A stretch of DNA of 64,000 nt from Raja brachyura (taxonomy: Eukaryota). Made by a program: the position numbers and the translations under genes. Where the stretch lies: NCBI GenBank assembly GCA_963514005.1, contig OY740811.1, positions 12,152,001-12,216,000 of the forward strand, given 5' to 3'. Of this stretch, positions 51,643-62,809 are shown one piece after another. A model generated the notes under the pieces. That model had not been told where the DNA came from. It worked only from the letters and a program-made list of their open reading frames with translations, and did not search any database. Within the stretch, counting starts at the first letter, position 1, and every line of letters begins with the position of its first letter.

Positions 51643-51775
51643 CTTCTATCGTGTGGCGTGCACAGCCTAAAGTTGTAGGACAACTTGTTCTATTTGATCT
51701 TCTGTTTGTGCACGTCGAGTTGATTGCATTAGTCGAAACAGGGTGGACCACGTGAAGGTTGCAAACTTCCATCCC
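51643..51775 (-). mobile_element. ~133-bp retroposon headed by an HDV-like ribozyme
   Basis: 11-12-bp TSD (c)ttgattagtat (51631/2-51642 / 51775/6-51786) inside a CR1. Minus-strand 3' end ...cacgatagaag. No Pol III A/B boxes seen. Confidence 0.85.
51722..51775 (-). ncRNA. Minimal HDV/CPEB3-like self-cleaving ribozyme (P4 absent)
   Basis: GGGAUGG(P1) AA GUUUGCA(P2) ACC(P3) UUCACGU(L3) GGU(P3') CCACCCU(P1') GU UUCGA C-UAA(J4/2) UGCAAUC(P2'). G1.U wobble, L3 identical to the CPEB3 ribozyme L3, and one mismatch each in P1 and P2. Confidence 0.8.
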
Positions 51776-52260
51776 TTGATTAGTATGTGTGTCAGTGATT
51801 ATGGGGAGAAGGCAAGAGAATGGGGTTAGGAGGGAGAGATAGATCAGCCACGATTGAAGACTTAATGGGCTGAATGACCTAATTCTACTCCTATTCCTTA
51901 TGACCTTATTTTGCAACCAAATTCAAACTTCAGCATTCTAACTCCACGAGATATCATTTGGTTTATTATTTTTATTTTGTGCATGGCACTTTTTTTCCAT
52001 CTGTTATATCTCTGTTATGGATCGTGGCTATTACGATGAAACTGTCTACTTACTTAAAGATGAGTTTTCCCAATGGTATTTGATACAGCTTAGCATTCAA
52101 TGGTTTACTTTAAAGTTAAATTTCTCTATGATTTAAACCAATATAATTGATTTGACTGAGAAATGTCCCATCATCTACGATTGTAAAATACTGCCCAGCA
52201 GCAATAATTTGAGCAAGTGGCATGATTTGTTTTATTCCTCTGCTGCAAGACATTTCATTT

Positions 52261-52460
52261 NNNNNNNNNNNNNNNNNNNNNNNNNNNNNNNNNNNNNNNN
52301 NNNNNNNNNNNNNNNNNNNNNNNNNNNNNNNNNNNNNNNNNNNNNNNNNNNNNNNNNNNNNNNNNNNNNNNNNNNNNNNNNNNNNNNNNNNNNNNNNNNN
52401 NNNNNNNNNNNNNNNNNNNNNNNNNNNNNNNNNNNNNNNNNNNNNNNNNNNNNNNNNNNN
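52261..52460. other. Assembly gap (200 N)
   Basis: Run of N. Confidence 1.
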
Positions 52461-52782
52461 AAAGGCTTTGCTGATGCATTAACATCTGTGAAAGAATAGA
52501 CAAGCTAACGTTTTTGAGGTGGACTCTAGATTGTATCCAAATCTTCTTTGGGGTTGCTGCCTTTTACTTTGGGATTCAAATACCAGAGTTATCTTCATTC
52601 TGTATGAAAACAACTCTGGAGAAGTAGATGAGTTTCTTGTTGGGCAATTTTTTTTTTTGTATCCTGTCTGGGAGAACAGAGGTGTTTGTACTTCCCTGAC
52701 TTTAGCGATCGCTATAGAGGTTATGGTATTCAAGGTGGAGGTTTTTCGGAGAAAAGGGCATCATCTTTAGGACTTGAATATT

Positions 52783-53048
52783 CACAGTGGCGCAACGGTA
52801 GAGCTGGCTGTCTAACAGCGCCAGAGACCCGGGTCTGATCCTGACTATACGGACACTGACTGTGCAGAATTTGCATGTTTTCTCTGGGTGTCCCGGTTTC
52901 CTCCACATCCCAGTTTGTACGTTCATTGGTTTCCTGTAAATTGCCCCAAGTGCTTTGGATGTGAAAGTGGGATAACATAGATGTGCGGGTGATCAATGGT
53001 TGGGGTGGGGCGAAGGGCCTTTTTTCCACGTTGTACGGCTAAACTCTA
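52783..53048 (+). mobile_element. V-domain tRNA SINE
   Basis: cacagtggcgcaacggtagagc (A box), gacccgggtctgatcc (B-box remnant), ttgcatgttttctctgggtgtcccggtttcctcc, and a CR1-like tail. Confidence 0.8.
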
Positions 53049-54449
53049 AGATCTGGAAAAGTGGCAGAATGAGGGTAGAACTATTTAAGGGTAGAACTAT
53101 CTTTTTGGATGTGGCATCGATTTATTTAGGAAATATGGAGAACTGCAAACTACTGAAATGACTGAGAAAACGTCAGAGTAGGGGTGCTAGTAAGCAGCAG
53201 AAGCCCATACTTGTTCACTACAGAAATATTGTATCAATAGAGGTGTATCAAAAGTGCAGTATTAGAGGGAAGTGCAAATCAAATGTAAAATTATGGAAGA
53301 TATTGGCTAAATAATTTACATATTTCTGATGCAGTGGGGGGGGGGGTTGTAAGTGGAGCGTTGATGACAGATGTCAAACTTAAAATTAATTCCTTTTATT
53401 CCCTTATTCCTGCACCTTATATTCTCAAAAAGAATTTTGATGGGGTGATTTTCTCATTTTGAAGTGTTGAAGTGAGAATTGTATGAAATATACTTAACCA
53501 TTTAACTTGCATATTTGACCTCCAGACTCAACCCTTTTATTTGCATAGTTTATATCTTTGCTTTATTTGATTTTTCAGTAGTCTTTTATGTGTATTTGCA
53601 GTCTAAGGCTGATATTATTAGTTCTGAAGCTGATAGTCTCTGAATTATGGCATTTTCTTTGCATTCAATTGTTGAAATACAAATCTTCAGATTTGGATCA
53701 TATATTTATTCTCATTAGGTGTTCTGCTTTGCAGTCAGCCTGGAGTTAGGGTTTTCATTTTTATTTTGTCTTCCTAAAAGTGATAATAACTAATGTCCAC
53801 CCTTACTGTCTAATTAAGTTATTAGAGTGGTGATTTTATTTAATATGCAATGTAAAAGTGTGTGGATGGATGGGTAGGGGACATACACGGGCTACATCAC
53901 AACTGTCCTGCTTTCTGTTCTGTGCAATGATTTTTCTTTCTGCTGTTTTAAATGTTCAATTAAATGTTTTCATGGCTGTTTCTCGCACCCGTACCAGCTC
54001 TGCTTGTGATCCGCATGGCTTACTGATTTACTGCCCTATATCACCTGTTTACCAAGAAAACTATTCATGCATGTTTGATGCTCATTAGAGTTTAAGTTTG
54101 AAGGCACAACGTGAGTATTGACCTGTCTCATTATTGGATCACTGGGTGGATTTCATTTATACACAGTGTGATATGATCAGTTTTGAACTCAATGCTCTGA
54201 ATTACTCTTCCTTTTCTGTTGGGAAAGCTAAATTGCCAGTTTGAATTCCAGCTCCTCCGATTAGTTTAAAAAAAATGTTCTGCTCTTTGGCACATGAAGT
54301 GTTCTTAAGACCTGTTGGAATTTACAGTTCATCACCTAATTGTTTACCTGTTGTCAATTGATGGATGGTGAACAGCACAAACAGGCCTTTTGGCCCAACT
54401 CGTCCATTGCCAATCAGAGTGTCTATAGAGTGTGTGCTTGGCCCATATT

Positions 54450-54553
54450 TTTCCCGAAACATCGCCAATTCCTTCGCTCCATACATGCTGATTTTCTCCA
54501 GCATTTTGTGTCTACCTTCGATTTCACCAGCATCTGCAGTTCTTTCTTAAACA
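54450..54553 (+). mobile_element. Penelope-like terminal fragment within a CR1 3' remnant
   Basis: cccgaaacatcgcc...ttccttcgctccata...ccagcatctgcagttctttcttaaaca. Confidence 0.75.
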
Positions 54554-54697
54554 TCCCTGTGAATCTTTTCTACACTCTCTATAACTTAGTCATATCATTC
54601 CTGTAGCAAGTCGATCAGAACCGCACACGATACTCTGTAGGTATACAAAAATACTTTTGTATACTTGTATATATAAATACACAAAATACTCTCCTCC

Positions 54698-54845
54698 CCA
54701 TAAGACATAGCAGTAGAATTAGGCCATTCAGCCCATTGAGTCTACTCCACACATTCAATTACGGCGATCTATTTTTCCCTCTCAACCCCATACTCCTGCC
54801 TTCTCCCCGTAACCTTTGACACCCTAACTAATCAAGAATCTTCCA
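54698..54845 (-). mobile_element. CR1 LINE 3' tail
   Basis: Reverse complement of 51776-51905 (agaattaggccattcagccc..., ctcaacccca..ctcctgccttctcccc, actaatcaagaa). Confidence 0.8.
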
Positions 54846-55256
54846 ATAAATATACCCAGCAGAGATTGGTAGATTCTTTATTATTCATCTCAAATACTCA
54901 GCCACCTTGTATGTCATGTCCAGGGTTAAATCCCAGTCCTTGCTGTGTTTGATGATCTTAGCTGGGTTATCAATAATATGCTTGCAGTTTGTTTAAGGGT
55001 TGCTTGTTCAGGCAGGAAGACTCGATGATATTGGCAGTTAACCTCCAACATGGTTGTTGGATGTGAAGATGGAATTGGGTGTTTTTTGTTTTCTCCCTTG
55101 AATTCAAATATCCTGTTTAATAAGGTTACATTGCAAGGCTCTTGTGATTAACAGACAGTTGGATGGGGTACCAAAAGTAATCCACTGCTGTGAAATTTTA
55201 GATCAATGTTATGGGCTGAAAAGGGGTGGAGAAAATGCCAAGCATGAATAGAAAAG

Positions 55257-58200
55257 CAGGGCTCGAAATTAGGGATTGCCCGGGTGCCAATGACCACCCA
55301 AGGTGCCACCGGGCAACCTAAGCGTCGGGTAATTTTGCCTGGCTTGGCACTTGCAGATACTGGTTTATACTGAAGATAGACACAAAAAATTGGAGTATCT
55401 CAGCGGGCCAGGCAGCAATCCTGGAGAGAAGGAACGTGACATTTCGTGTCGGCGACGGTAACAAGCAAAGATACTAGAGGAGTTCCTCTAGTATCTTTGG
55501 TAACAAGCTGTAGTGCGGGGCAAAGATACTGTGTGCGGCGTGACGGACGGTCGGAGCGAATGACGTGCCCCGCACAGCCGGCAGCGGCTCCTCCTCCTGT
55601 CCCGCACCCTGCCCGCCCTGATAGCGGGTCGCTGCTTGCCACTCCACCATATCCGCTTTCAAAACAAACCCGCAAGCCGAGGGATGGAGGGGGAGGCCTC
55701 CTTTCGCCATCTGAGGCACCTGCATCGCTCGGTGCCCCCCGCACCTTGCTGTTGGCTGGCGGAGGAGGCGATGCGGTGGCGAGGAGATCCCAACTGCCTC
55801 CCCCTTTGGCGGGTGGCACTTGGCGGTGGACAAGGGACAAGGCAGTTGGACGATGATACCGGTGTCCGACGAGCGCTGACCTTCCTTCCTCCCCAACACC
55901 ACCTCTCGCTCTCTCGCGCTCTACTCCCGCCCCCCCTTATCCTGAGACCCTCCTCCTCTCCATCCCGCACTGATCCCCATTCCCGCCTTTGTTCAGATCC
56001 TCACTGACATCCCCTGTGATCCCCTCCCCATCTACCCCCCCCCCCCCCCCAATCTATTTCATCCCTGCGCTGATTACCCTATCCATCTATACTGGTCCCC
56101 CAATTCATCCTGTACTGACCCCCTTTCCCATTCATCCTGCACTTCTCCTCCATCCATCCTGTACTGATCCCCCCCCCATATTCATCGCGTTCAAACCTAT
56201 CCTCCATTTAACCTGCACCGATCCCCCCCCCATCCATCCTGTAGTGATCTCCCCATTCATCTTTTACTGATCCCCCTCCATTCATCCAGTACTAGTCCCC
56301 GCCCATTCATCCTGTACTGATCCCTCATATATCCTGTACTGAACCCCCCATCCATCCTGTGGTGATCTCCTCATTCATCCCTGTACTGATCCCCCCCCCT
56401 TTATCCTGTACTAATCCCTTCATTCATCCTGTAGCGAGCCCCCCCATTCATCCTGTAGCGAGCCCCCCCATTCATCCTGTAGCGAGCCCCCCCCATTCAT
56501 CCTGTAGCGATCCCCCCCAATTAATCCTGTAGCAAGACCCCACCCATTCATCCTGTAGCAAGCCCCACCCATTCATCCTGCAGCGATTCCCCCCCCATTC
56601 ATCCTGTAGCGAGCCCCCCCATTCATCCTGTAGCGAGCCCCCCACATTCATCCTGTAGCGAGCCCCCCCATTCATCCTGTAGCGATCCCCTCACATTCAT
56701 CCTGTAGCGATCCCCCCCCCATTCATCCTGCACAGACCCTCCGATCCACACTGTACTGACCACCCCCCCATTCAATCCTGTACTGAACCTCCCATTCATC
56801 CTGCGCCTATCCCCCACCCCCCATTCATCCTATACTGATCCCCCCCCCCATTCAGGAAGAATGGGGGGGGGTCTGTTTGAAGAAAGGTCTCGACCCAAAA
56901 CGTTGCCTATTTCCTTTGCTCCATGGATGCTGCCCCACCCGCTGAGTTTTTCCAGCATTTCTGTCTACCCCCCATTCATCCTGTACTGATCCCCCCCCAT
57001 TCATTCTATACTGAACCCCCCCCATCCGTCCTGTACTGATCCCCCAATCCATCCTGCACAGATCCCCCCTTCCATCCCGTACTGATCCACCCCCCCATTC
57101 AATCAACCCCTCTGACATGCCCTGCGCTCTCCCCCTCACAATTTTACTACTCCAACATGCACTAATTCCCCTGCCTCAATTCATCCATTCCACACCGATT
57201 GCCTTCTCAACCCCCCCCCCCCCCATCTCTCCATCCCACACTGATACACACCAATCTCCCCCCCCCCCCCCCCCCCCCCCTCCGCTGGAAATGTCTTCAG
57301 AGCGAACATTGACTGTGTTTGATAATGGAATGCAATCAAATGTGTTTCTATTCCCAATGTTATTATTTGTTTTAATCCATAAAGATGGGTTAATTAAATT
57401 GTGAACTCGTGAAACATTAAAACCGCAGTGTTCGATTGTCACTGCTACCGTTGACACGTTATTACAGAATTCATTTTAACGGCAAATCAACGCTCTTAAT
57501 ATGGATTATCAGTACTGTAGATATTTAATGAGCAACATTCACAACTATACGTTGGATATATCCAGGTTTTACTTCTACAGTCGGTCATGTACATCACAAA
57601 TTCGGTCAGGAGATATTTCAGTTGAAATTCTAACGTTAATTCTGAAGTGGGAAACAGCATTTATCAATTTTTTTAATCTGGTGCGTACAAACTGGGTATC
57701 TTCATAGCTGTTCACAGTGCATACATCTAATCTGAATGTCCGGTAATGTGGCGTTTTGACACCTTTAAACATATTACCAAAAGAACATTTGCTGCAGTTA
57801 TGTCCTTTCGTCATCTCTTGTCAGTTAGTGTAATGTTTAATCTGTCAGATGGGTATAGTCTGTTTTAACAGCTATTATCATAAAATGCCTTTATAAAATT
57901 CCTTGCAACCTGCATATTTTTTTGTGGGTAAATTATGTGGGAAGCGAGAGTGTTTCTGTACCAATAGCAATAACGACCCATGCTGTGGCCATGTCATGAT
58001 AATTTTCGGTTCTTCACAGAAAACATGCTTGCATCAATCTGTAGTGTGCATGGTTAAGCATATATATTACCATGGTCCCGGATTTATTGACACAGGTTGA
58101 TCATACGCTGAACAATCCAACCACATTTTTGTTTGGAAGTGTAAAGAAATAATAGAAATTGCATTCATTGCAATGTGTAAAAAGAGTTGAGATAATGTAC

Positions 58201-58466
58201 TGTAATTCTGCTACATGTCATTGTGATATATATCATGTCTTGATTGGTGAATATGTTTAGTTTGTTCTTTATTTCAAGCAGAAATAATATGTGAATGCTT
58301 CATTGAGCATAATTCTGACTGGTAACTACGCACTTCGTCCGAGCACAATATTGCACGCGCCATGCAAGCCGTCTTAAATGACCACCTAAACTGTCATTTG
58401 GCAACCTAAAAAGCTGCCTAGCTTGCCCGACTGGCAACAGGGAAAAAAAGTTAAGTGAGAGCCCTG
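55257..58466 (+). mobile_element. Composite non-autonomous hAT-like DNA transposon, copy 2 (3.2 kb, 5-bp TSD)
   Basis: Termini cagggctcgaaatta / ttaagtgagagccctg and a perfect 5-bp TSD aaaag (55252-55256 / 58467-58471). Colinear with copy 1, plus an expanded minisatellite and ~650 bp extra. Confidence 0.9.
56060..57100 (+). repeat. C-rich minisatellite, unit ~20-23 bp (c)n-attcatcctgta(gcgag|ctgat)
   Basis: Dozens of units. The most homogeneous block, ccccccattcatcctgtagcgag, lies at ~56420-56720. It is interrupted by a Penelope fragment at ~56877-56968. Confidence 0.95.
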
Positions 58467-60297
58467 AAAAGGTTTAAATATCTAGCCAGCGATTCTTAAC
58501 TCGTCTCTTATTTCAGATGATTTGCATTTTAATAACAATATTTCATCCTAAAATTGTAAGATTAAGATATTTTTTCAAGCAATGGTGAGATATTTTTGTT
58601 TTTTGAAACATTGATTGAAAATAATGATGTTAGGGAAATGGCATTGCTAGGAGTCTTTTGGAAATGGTGGAAGAGTTGGAAGCCTGTCACTATAATATGA
58701 CATTTAACTGTAAAGGCAAGCTGTATGAATCTACAAAGGAGTTAAACTTATTCTTTAATTTTCATGCTGGAAGTATATAATTTGTTGTGGATATATGGTC
58801 CTAACAGGATATCCTGGTTGACTGGCAGTTTATGGTCGATCATGCTTCAAATCGGGTTTATTATTTTTGAGAAATATGTGCATTTTCTGCATGATTTATC
58901 TTGTCAGTAGTGATTGTGTTGATACTCATTAGCATTCCAGTGGACCTCATTATTTTCTTATATCCAGTAGCTATCCTCGTTTGTAACAGATTGGCTTAGG
59001 CCCAGGCCATTTGGGCATGTTGTAAGAATTATCAGGACCAGTCTCTATCTTGTATGTGCAAACAAGATTGCATGATTTATGTTAAGTAATATGCACCAAC
59101 AATAGAAATTAGTAAGATGATGTTTGTCTGAAGTTAATTTAAAGGGTAATTTCTGAGTGAGGTTATCTTTTTAATCTGGTATGTTTTAGAAAGTACTGAA
59201 TATGCAAAACCAGAATACTGTATTTATTTGTAATTTAAATGCCTGGAGTACCAAATTAGTCTTGTTTTGGTCTTTTAAGCATTGAACACTAGCTTACTAG
59301 AGATGCTTTTTAATTCGCAGACATGTTTAATTGAAGTTGGAGTTAAATATTGGGATGTGTTTATACAATGCGTTAATTTTGTAATTCAGTTGCACTAAAT
59401 GTGCGATGGGAAGGAATGTAAATTCTAATATTTTGTGCATTTCTTGGTGAGTTTACGTCTTCCACGATGGCTAACTTAAAAATATAACATCATGTAAAGG
59501 GCTCATAAGGGCACCAGGCCAAAATGTGCATAAATAAACTTTTCTGATTAGATTCAGACAGGCAACCAAAGAATGACGTAATATCTTAAGGTATTCAGTT
59601 AGCAACAATGCTGGTCTCATCTAACTGGAATGTAAATGTTACCCAAATTACTGTGCCTGAAAATTCTTATGGTCTCAATTACTGTCTCAATGAGCAGTTC
59701 TCATGTTTAACTATCACATTAATGCAAATCATACCAGTAAGTGTGGAAAGATGGACACCCCATGCTGGCTAATGTAATGGGTTCATGAGTAGTTTCAAAG
59801 ACTTACAGAATTTTATTCCAGTAATTTAGGTTTGTGAGCATAATAAGCATTTCAGTTTTTTTTTAAATTTCAGATTGCCAGCATCCTTTGTAAAAATGTC
59901 ATGTCTAAGTTGAGAGTTCTTTTCCTCCTCATAGTCGTAGAATTTATAACTTTGAGTCCAAATGTTGAAGGTGTCTTGAGATGAAATATGAATCCATACT
60001 CTCATCCATCTATCCAAGTTCTTGTTAAAAATCTATTTATGGGTAGTAGATAATGTTGGCAAGATCAGTATTTACTTTTTAACCCCCAAGTACCTAGGAA
60101 AAGATGGAATGGGAAATATATTTTATATTTGTTGTCAATATGGCGTATGATTTGGAATTGTTCTTCTGCCATTTTCCTGCATGATGGAAGCTGTAGAGTG
60201 GGAATTATTGGAGCAATCTAGGCAAGTAACTGCAGTGCCAATGATGAACAGAGTAAAGGTCTTTTCTCGCCTCCAGCCCTTCACCCTACTCTCTTTC

Positions 60298-60395
60298 AGG
60301 CTGAAGATGGGTCCTGAACCGAAACGTCACCCATCCTTTTTCTCCAGAGATGATGGCTGACCCACTGAGTCACTCCAGCACTTTGGTGTCTATCT
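60298..60395 (+). mobile_element. Penelope-like terminal fragment with hammerhead-like motif
   Basis: ctgaagatgggtcctgaaccgaaacgtcaccc...tctccagagatg...gagtcactccagcactttggtgtctatct. Confidence 0.8.
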
Positions 60396-62809
60396 AAGGT
60401 TTAAGGTGCTGCAATAAGGACCAATTAAGTTACTGGTTTGCCTGGGATGGTGTTGCCTTGACTAATATTCTTCATTTGACTGATCCCATGCACAAAAATT
60501 AGATCAGTTAGTTATTTGCTGGAATTTGGCTGGTGCAGAATAGCTTTCTTGTATCGTGCTTTCGTGGATCATAGAAATATATATCTTATAATATGTTATT
60601 TTAAATCTTCCAAATCTGGTTCTGGCATATGTTTAAATTATCAGTTACATCTGAATAAAGGAAAAGCACAGGCCAATGTATTGGATTTTTATCCTGCATT
60701 ATTTAAGATAATTAATGTGTGTTGTACACAGGATGTACAACACAAATTGTCCAATTTTACACAAAAAGTAACACAAGTGTTAACACATTGTCCCATTTTA
60801 TCATTTGCCACATTAAATGTCAAAAATGATGTTCAACTTTGAAAATTCAGCATCGGAGGGAGTAATTTGACAACTTATCTCGGTCAACACATGGCTATAA
60901 GAGCAGCGAGCAAGAACAATGGTAGTTCAGCTAGAATGCCCTCTCTGATCCTCGAGCAGTAATCCTTACGAGAAAGAGGTTTTAAATAGAGATCAAATGA
61001 GAATCGGATCAGGTGTAATTGTGGCATCTTCCAAAAACTGCTCGATAATCTATTTGCTAAAATTTGTTATTTGGATGAATCACTGAAACTCTTCTGGCCA
61101 TGAATTGTCTTCCAATTTCATCTTGAAGGATTAAAGTAAGACAACTACTGTTGAGAATAAATTTGCTCAATTGGCCGTCAGGTGCTTTGCGATATTGAGT
61201 TGTAAAAGCTGCCATATAAATTGATCCCTTTTGTGTTTTTTGGGTGCATTTTTAGTGGATTTTTCTTTTCATTAAGTTTGTCGTTCCCAAGCTGCCTGCT
61301 TAATCTTTGTGTAGTTTTATTTTTAGAGCATATTTAGTCACATGTTTTGATTTAAATGATTTTGACTGGTGTAGATTTATTCTGGGAAATGGTGGTCTAA
61401 ATTCTAATTTGAATTTAACGCATTAAAATGTTCACAAGTATTGATGGATATGTTCGAGCATTTAATATTTAAGTAACAAAATACAACATGTCTAAAAGGA
61501 AAGAAAGTTATTGTTGCAGAGAAATTATTTTTTAATTTGGGGAAATTTGCAGCTGGGTATGTAGCAAAGGTAAGGGGTCATTTGCAGACCTGCACGAAAC
61601 AAGTCTCATTATCAGGACTGTTGAAAATGTGAACAAAGGGTGGTGGTTAACTGAAGTAGAAATAAATTGCTTGAAACTGTATTCAGCTTCTTGGTCCAGA
61701 GGTTCGAGAATGCATTTCTGTTGTAGATGGCAAGTGTATGTACATTTCTCATTAGTAATCGAAAGGCCTGACCTTTCATAACAAACCTAGAAGATTTTCA
61801 TATCAAAGCATTAGTCTGACTTTAATATGTTTTAGTGTGTTTTTAGCTTTGTGATTAATTTGCCAGCAATGTGCAACCTTAAGGCGTTGTGTACATTTTT
61901 CCAGCACATTATTTAAAATGCCAGTCCACATTTGGGTTGGTTTTCTTTTTTTTCCAGAAGTAATATCTTTTTAACAGTATGTGGATCTTAGCCCCGGTTC
62001 CCCGGCTGAATAAATGGAGTTTGTTTTCATGAAAATATATCCAATTTGTTTTAACTGTTATGCTGCTGTTGTATGAAATTCAGTTAGGGGCAGTGATATT
62101 AGCATCTCCGCTAAAATAAACAAGGCCATGATGCTAAATCCTGAATTTAAAAATTTGATCTCGGCAATTTTGCCTGTTTTAAGCAAAGGAAAACAATTCA
62201 AATTTATTTGCTTTCTAAAACAGATAACCATTTAGCTGCTTAATTTGGATGAATGCTCAAAATGAATTGCCTAAATACGACCATCCACGCAAGATTAAGA
62301 ACCTTCATTTTGAAGGAACCAGATTAATCAATAGCAGTAAGCTTGGATTTGTTAAGGAAGGCTTATCTGTCTGACCAATGATATTTTGTAAGATAGCAAG
62401 GATTATTGATGAGAGTAGTGTATTTGATGTAGTCTACATGGATCTCAGTTTGTCTTTTGCAAGTCCCCCCTCCATAGCAAAGTGATAGCGTTATGGTCCA
62501 AGGGGGAGTGACAAATCAGATCCAAAAATGACTCGTAGAAAGCCAAGAAGTACACAAATGATTTCATTTTACATTCCTTCTCATAGCACATTTAGTGCAA
62601 CTGAATGACAAAATAAGCACATTATATAATCACCGGCCAATATTTAACTAACTCCAACTTCAATGAAACACGTCTCACAGTCTTTTACCCCGTGTAGGGG
62701 AGTCTAAAACTAGAAGGCACTGGTTTATGGTAAGAAAATAAAGATTTAGGTTTAGTTTTATTATTGTCCTCTTCCTCCGCTCCAGGGAAAACGGTCTCAG
62801 TCTCACCAG

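Larger units (their letters stand above)
49238..51905 (+). mobile_element. CR1 LINE fragment split by the hAT-like element (49635-51550) and the ribozyme retroposon (51643-51775)
   Basis: [41 protein letters not shown]1 sequence resumes at 51551 (atggatctgtggaatt...gaggccaagtca) and again at 51787 through to the tail aattctactcctattccttatgacc. Confidence 0.9.

Noticed and set aside
52152-52503. ORFs spanning X runs
   Set aside because: Artefact of the N gap.
55400-56007. Overlapping 100-146 aa ORFs on both strands (also 49883-50447)
   Set aside because: They arise from the GC-rich block of the non-autonomous transposon. Frames are not conserved between the two copies and there is no recognisable domain.
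56420-56720. Regular repeat array resembling CRISPR
   Set aside because: Units are contiguous with no unique spacers, the context is eukaryotic, and there are no cas genes.
56472-57139. Repetitive peptides (GGSLQDEW)n
   Set aside because: These are translations of the minisatellite. Unit lengths vary by non-multiples of three.
57176-57457. Peptide STVAVTIEHCGFNVSRVHNLI, vaguely like the hAT dimerisation motif
   Set aside because: It lacks the ER.FS core, so the similarity is too weak to call.
49635-58466. Assembly-induced false duplication around the N gap
   Set aside because: The two copies differ by many substitutions, indels, nested insertions and TSDs, so they are genuine separate insertions.
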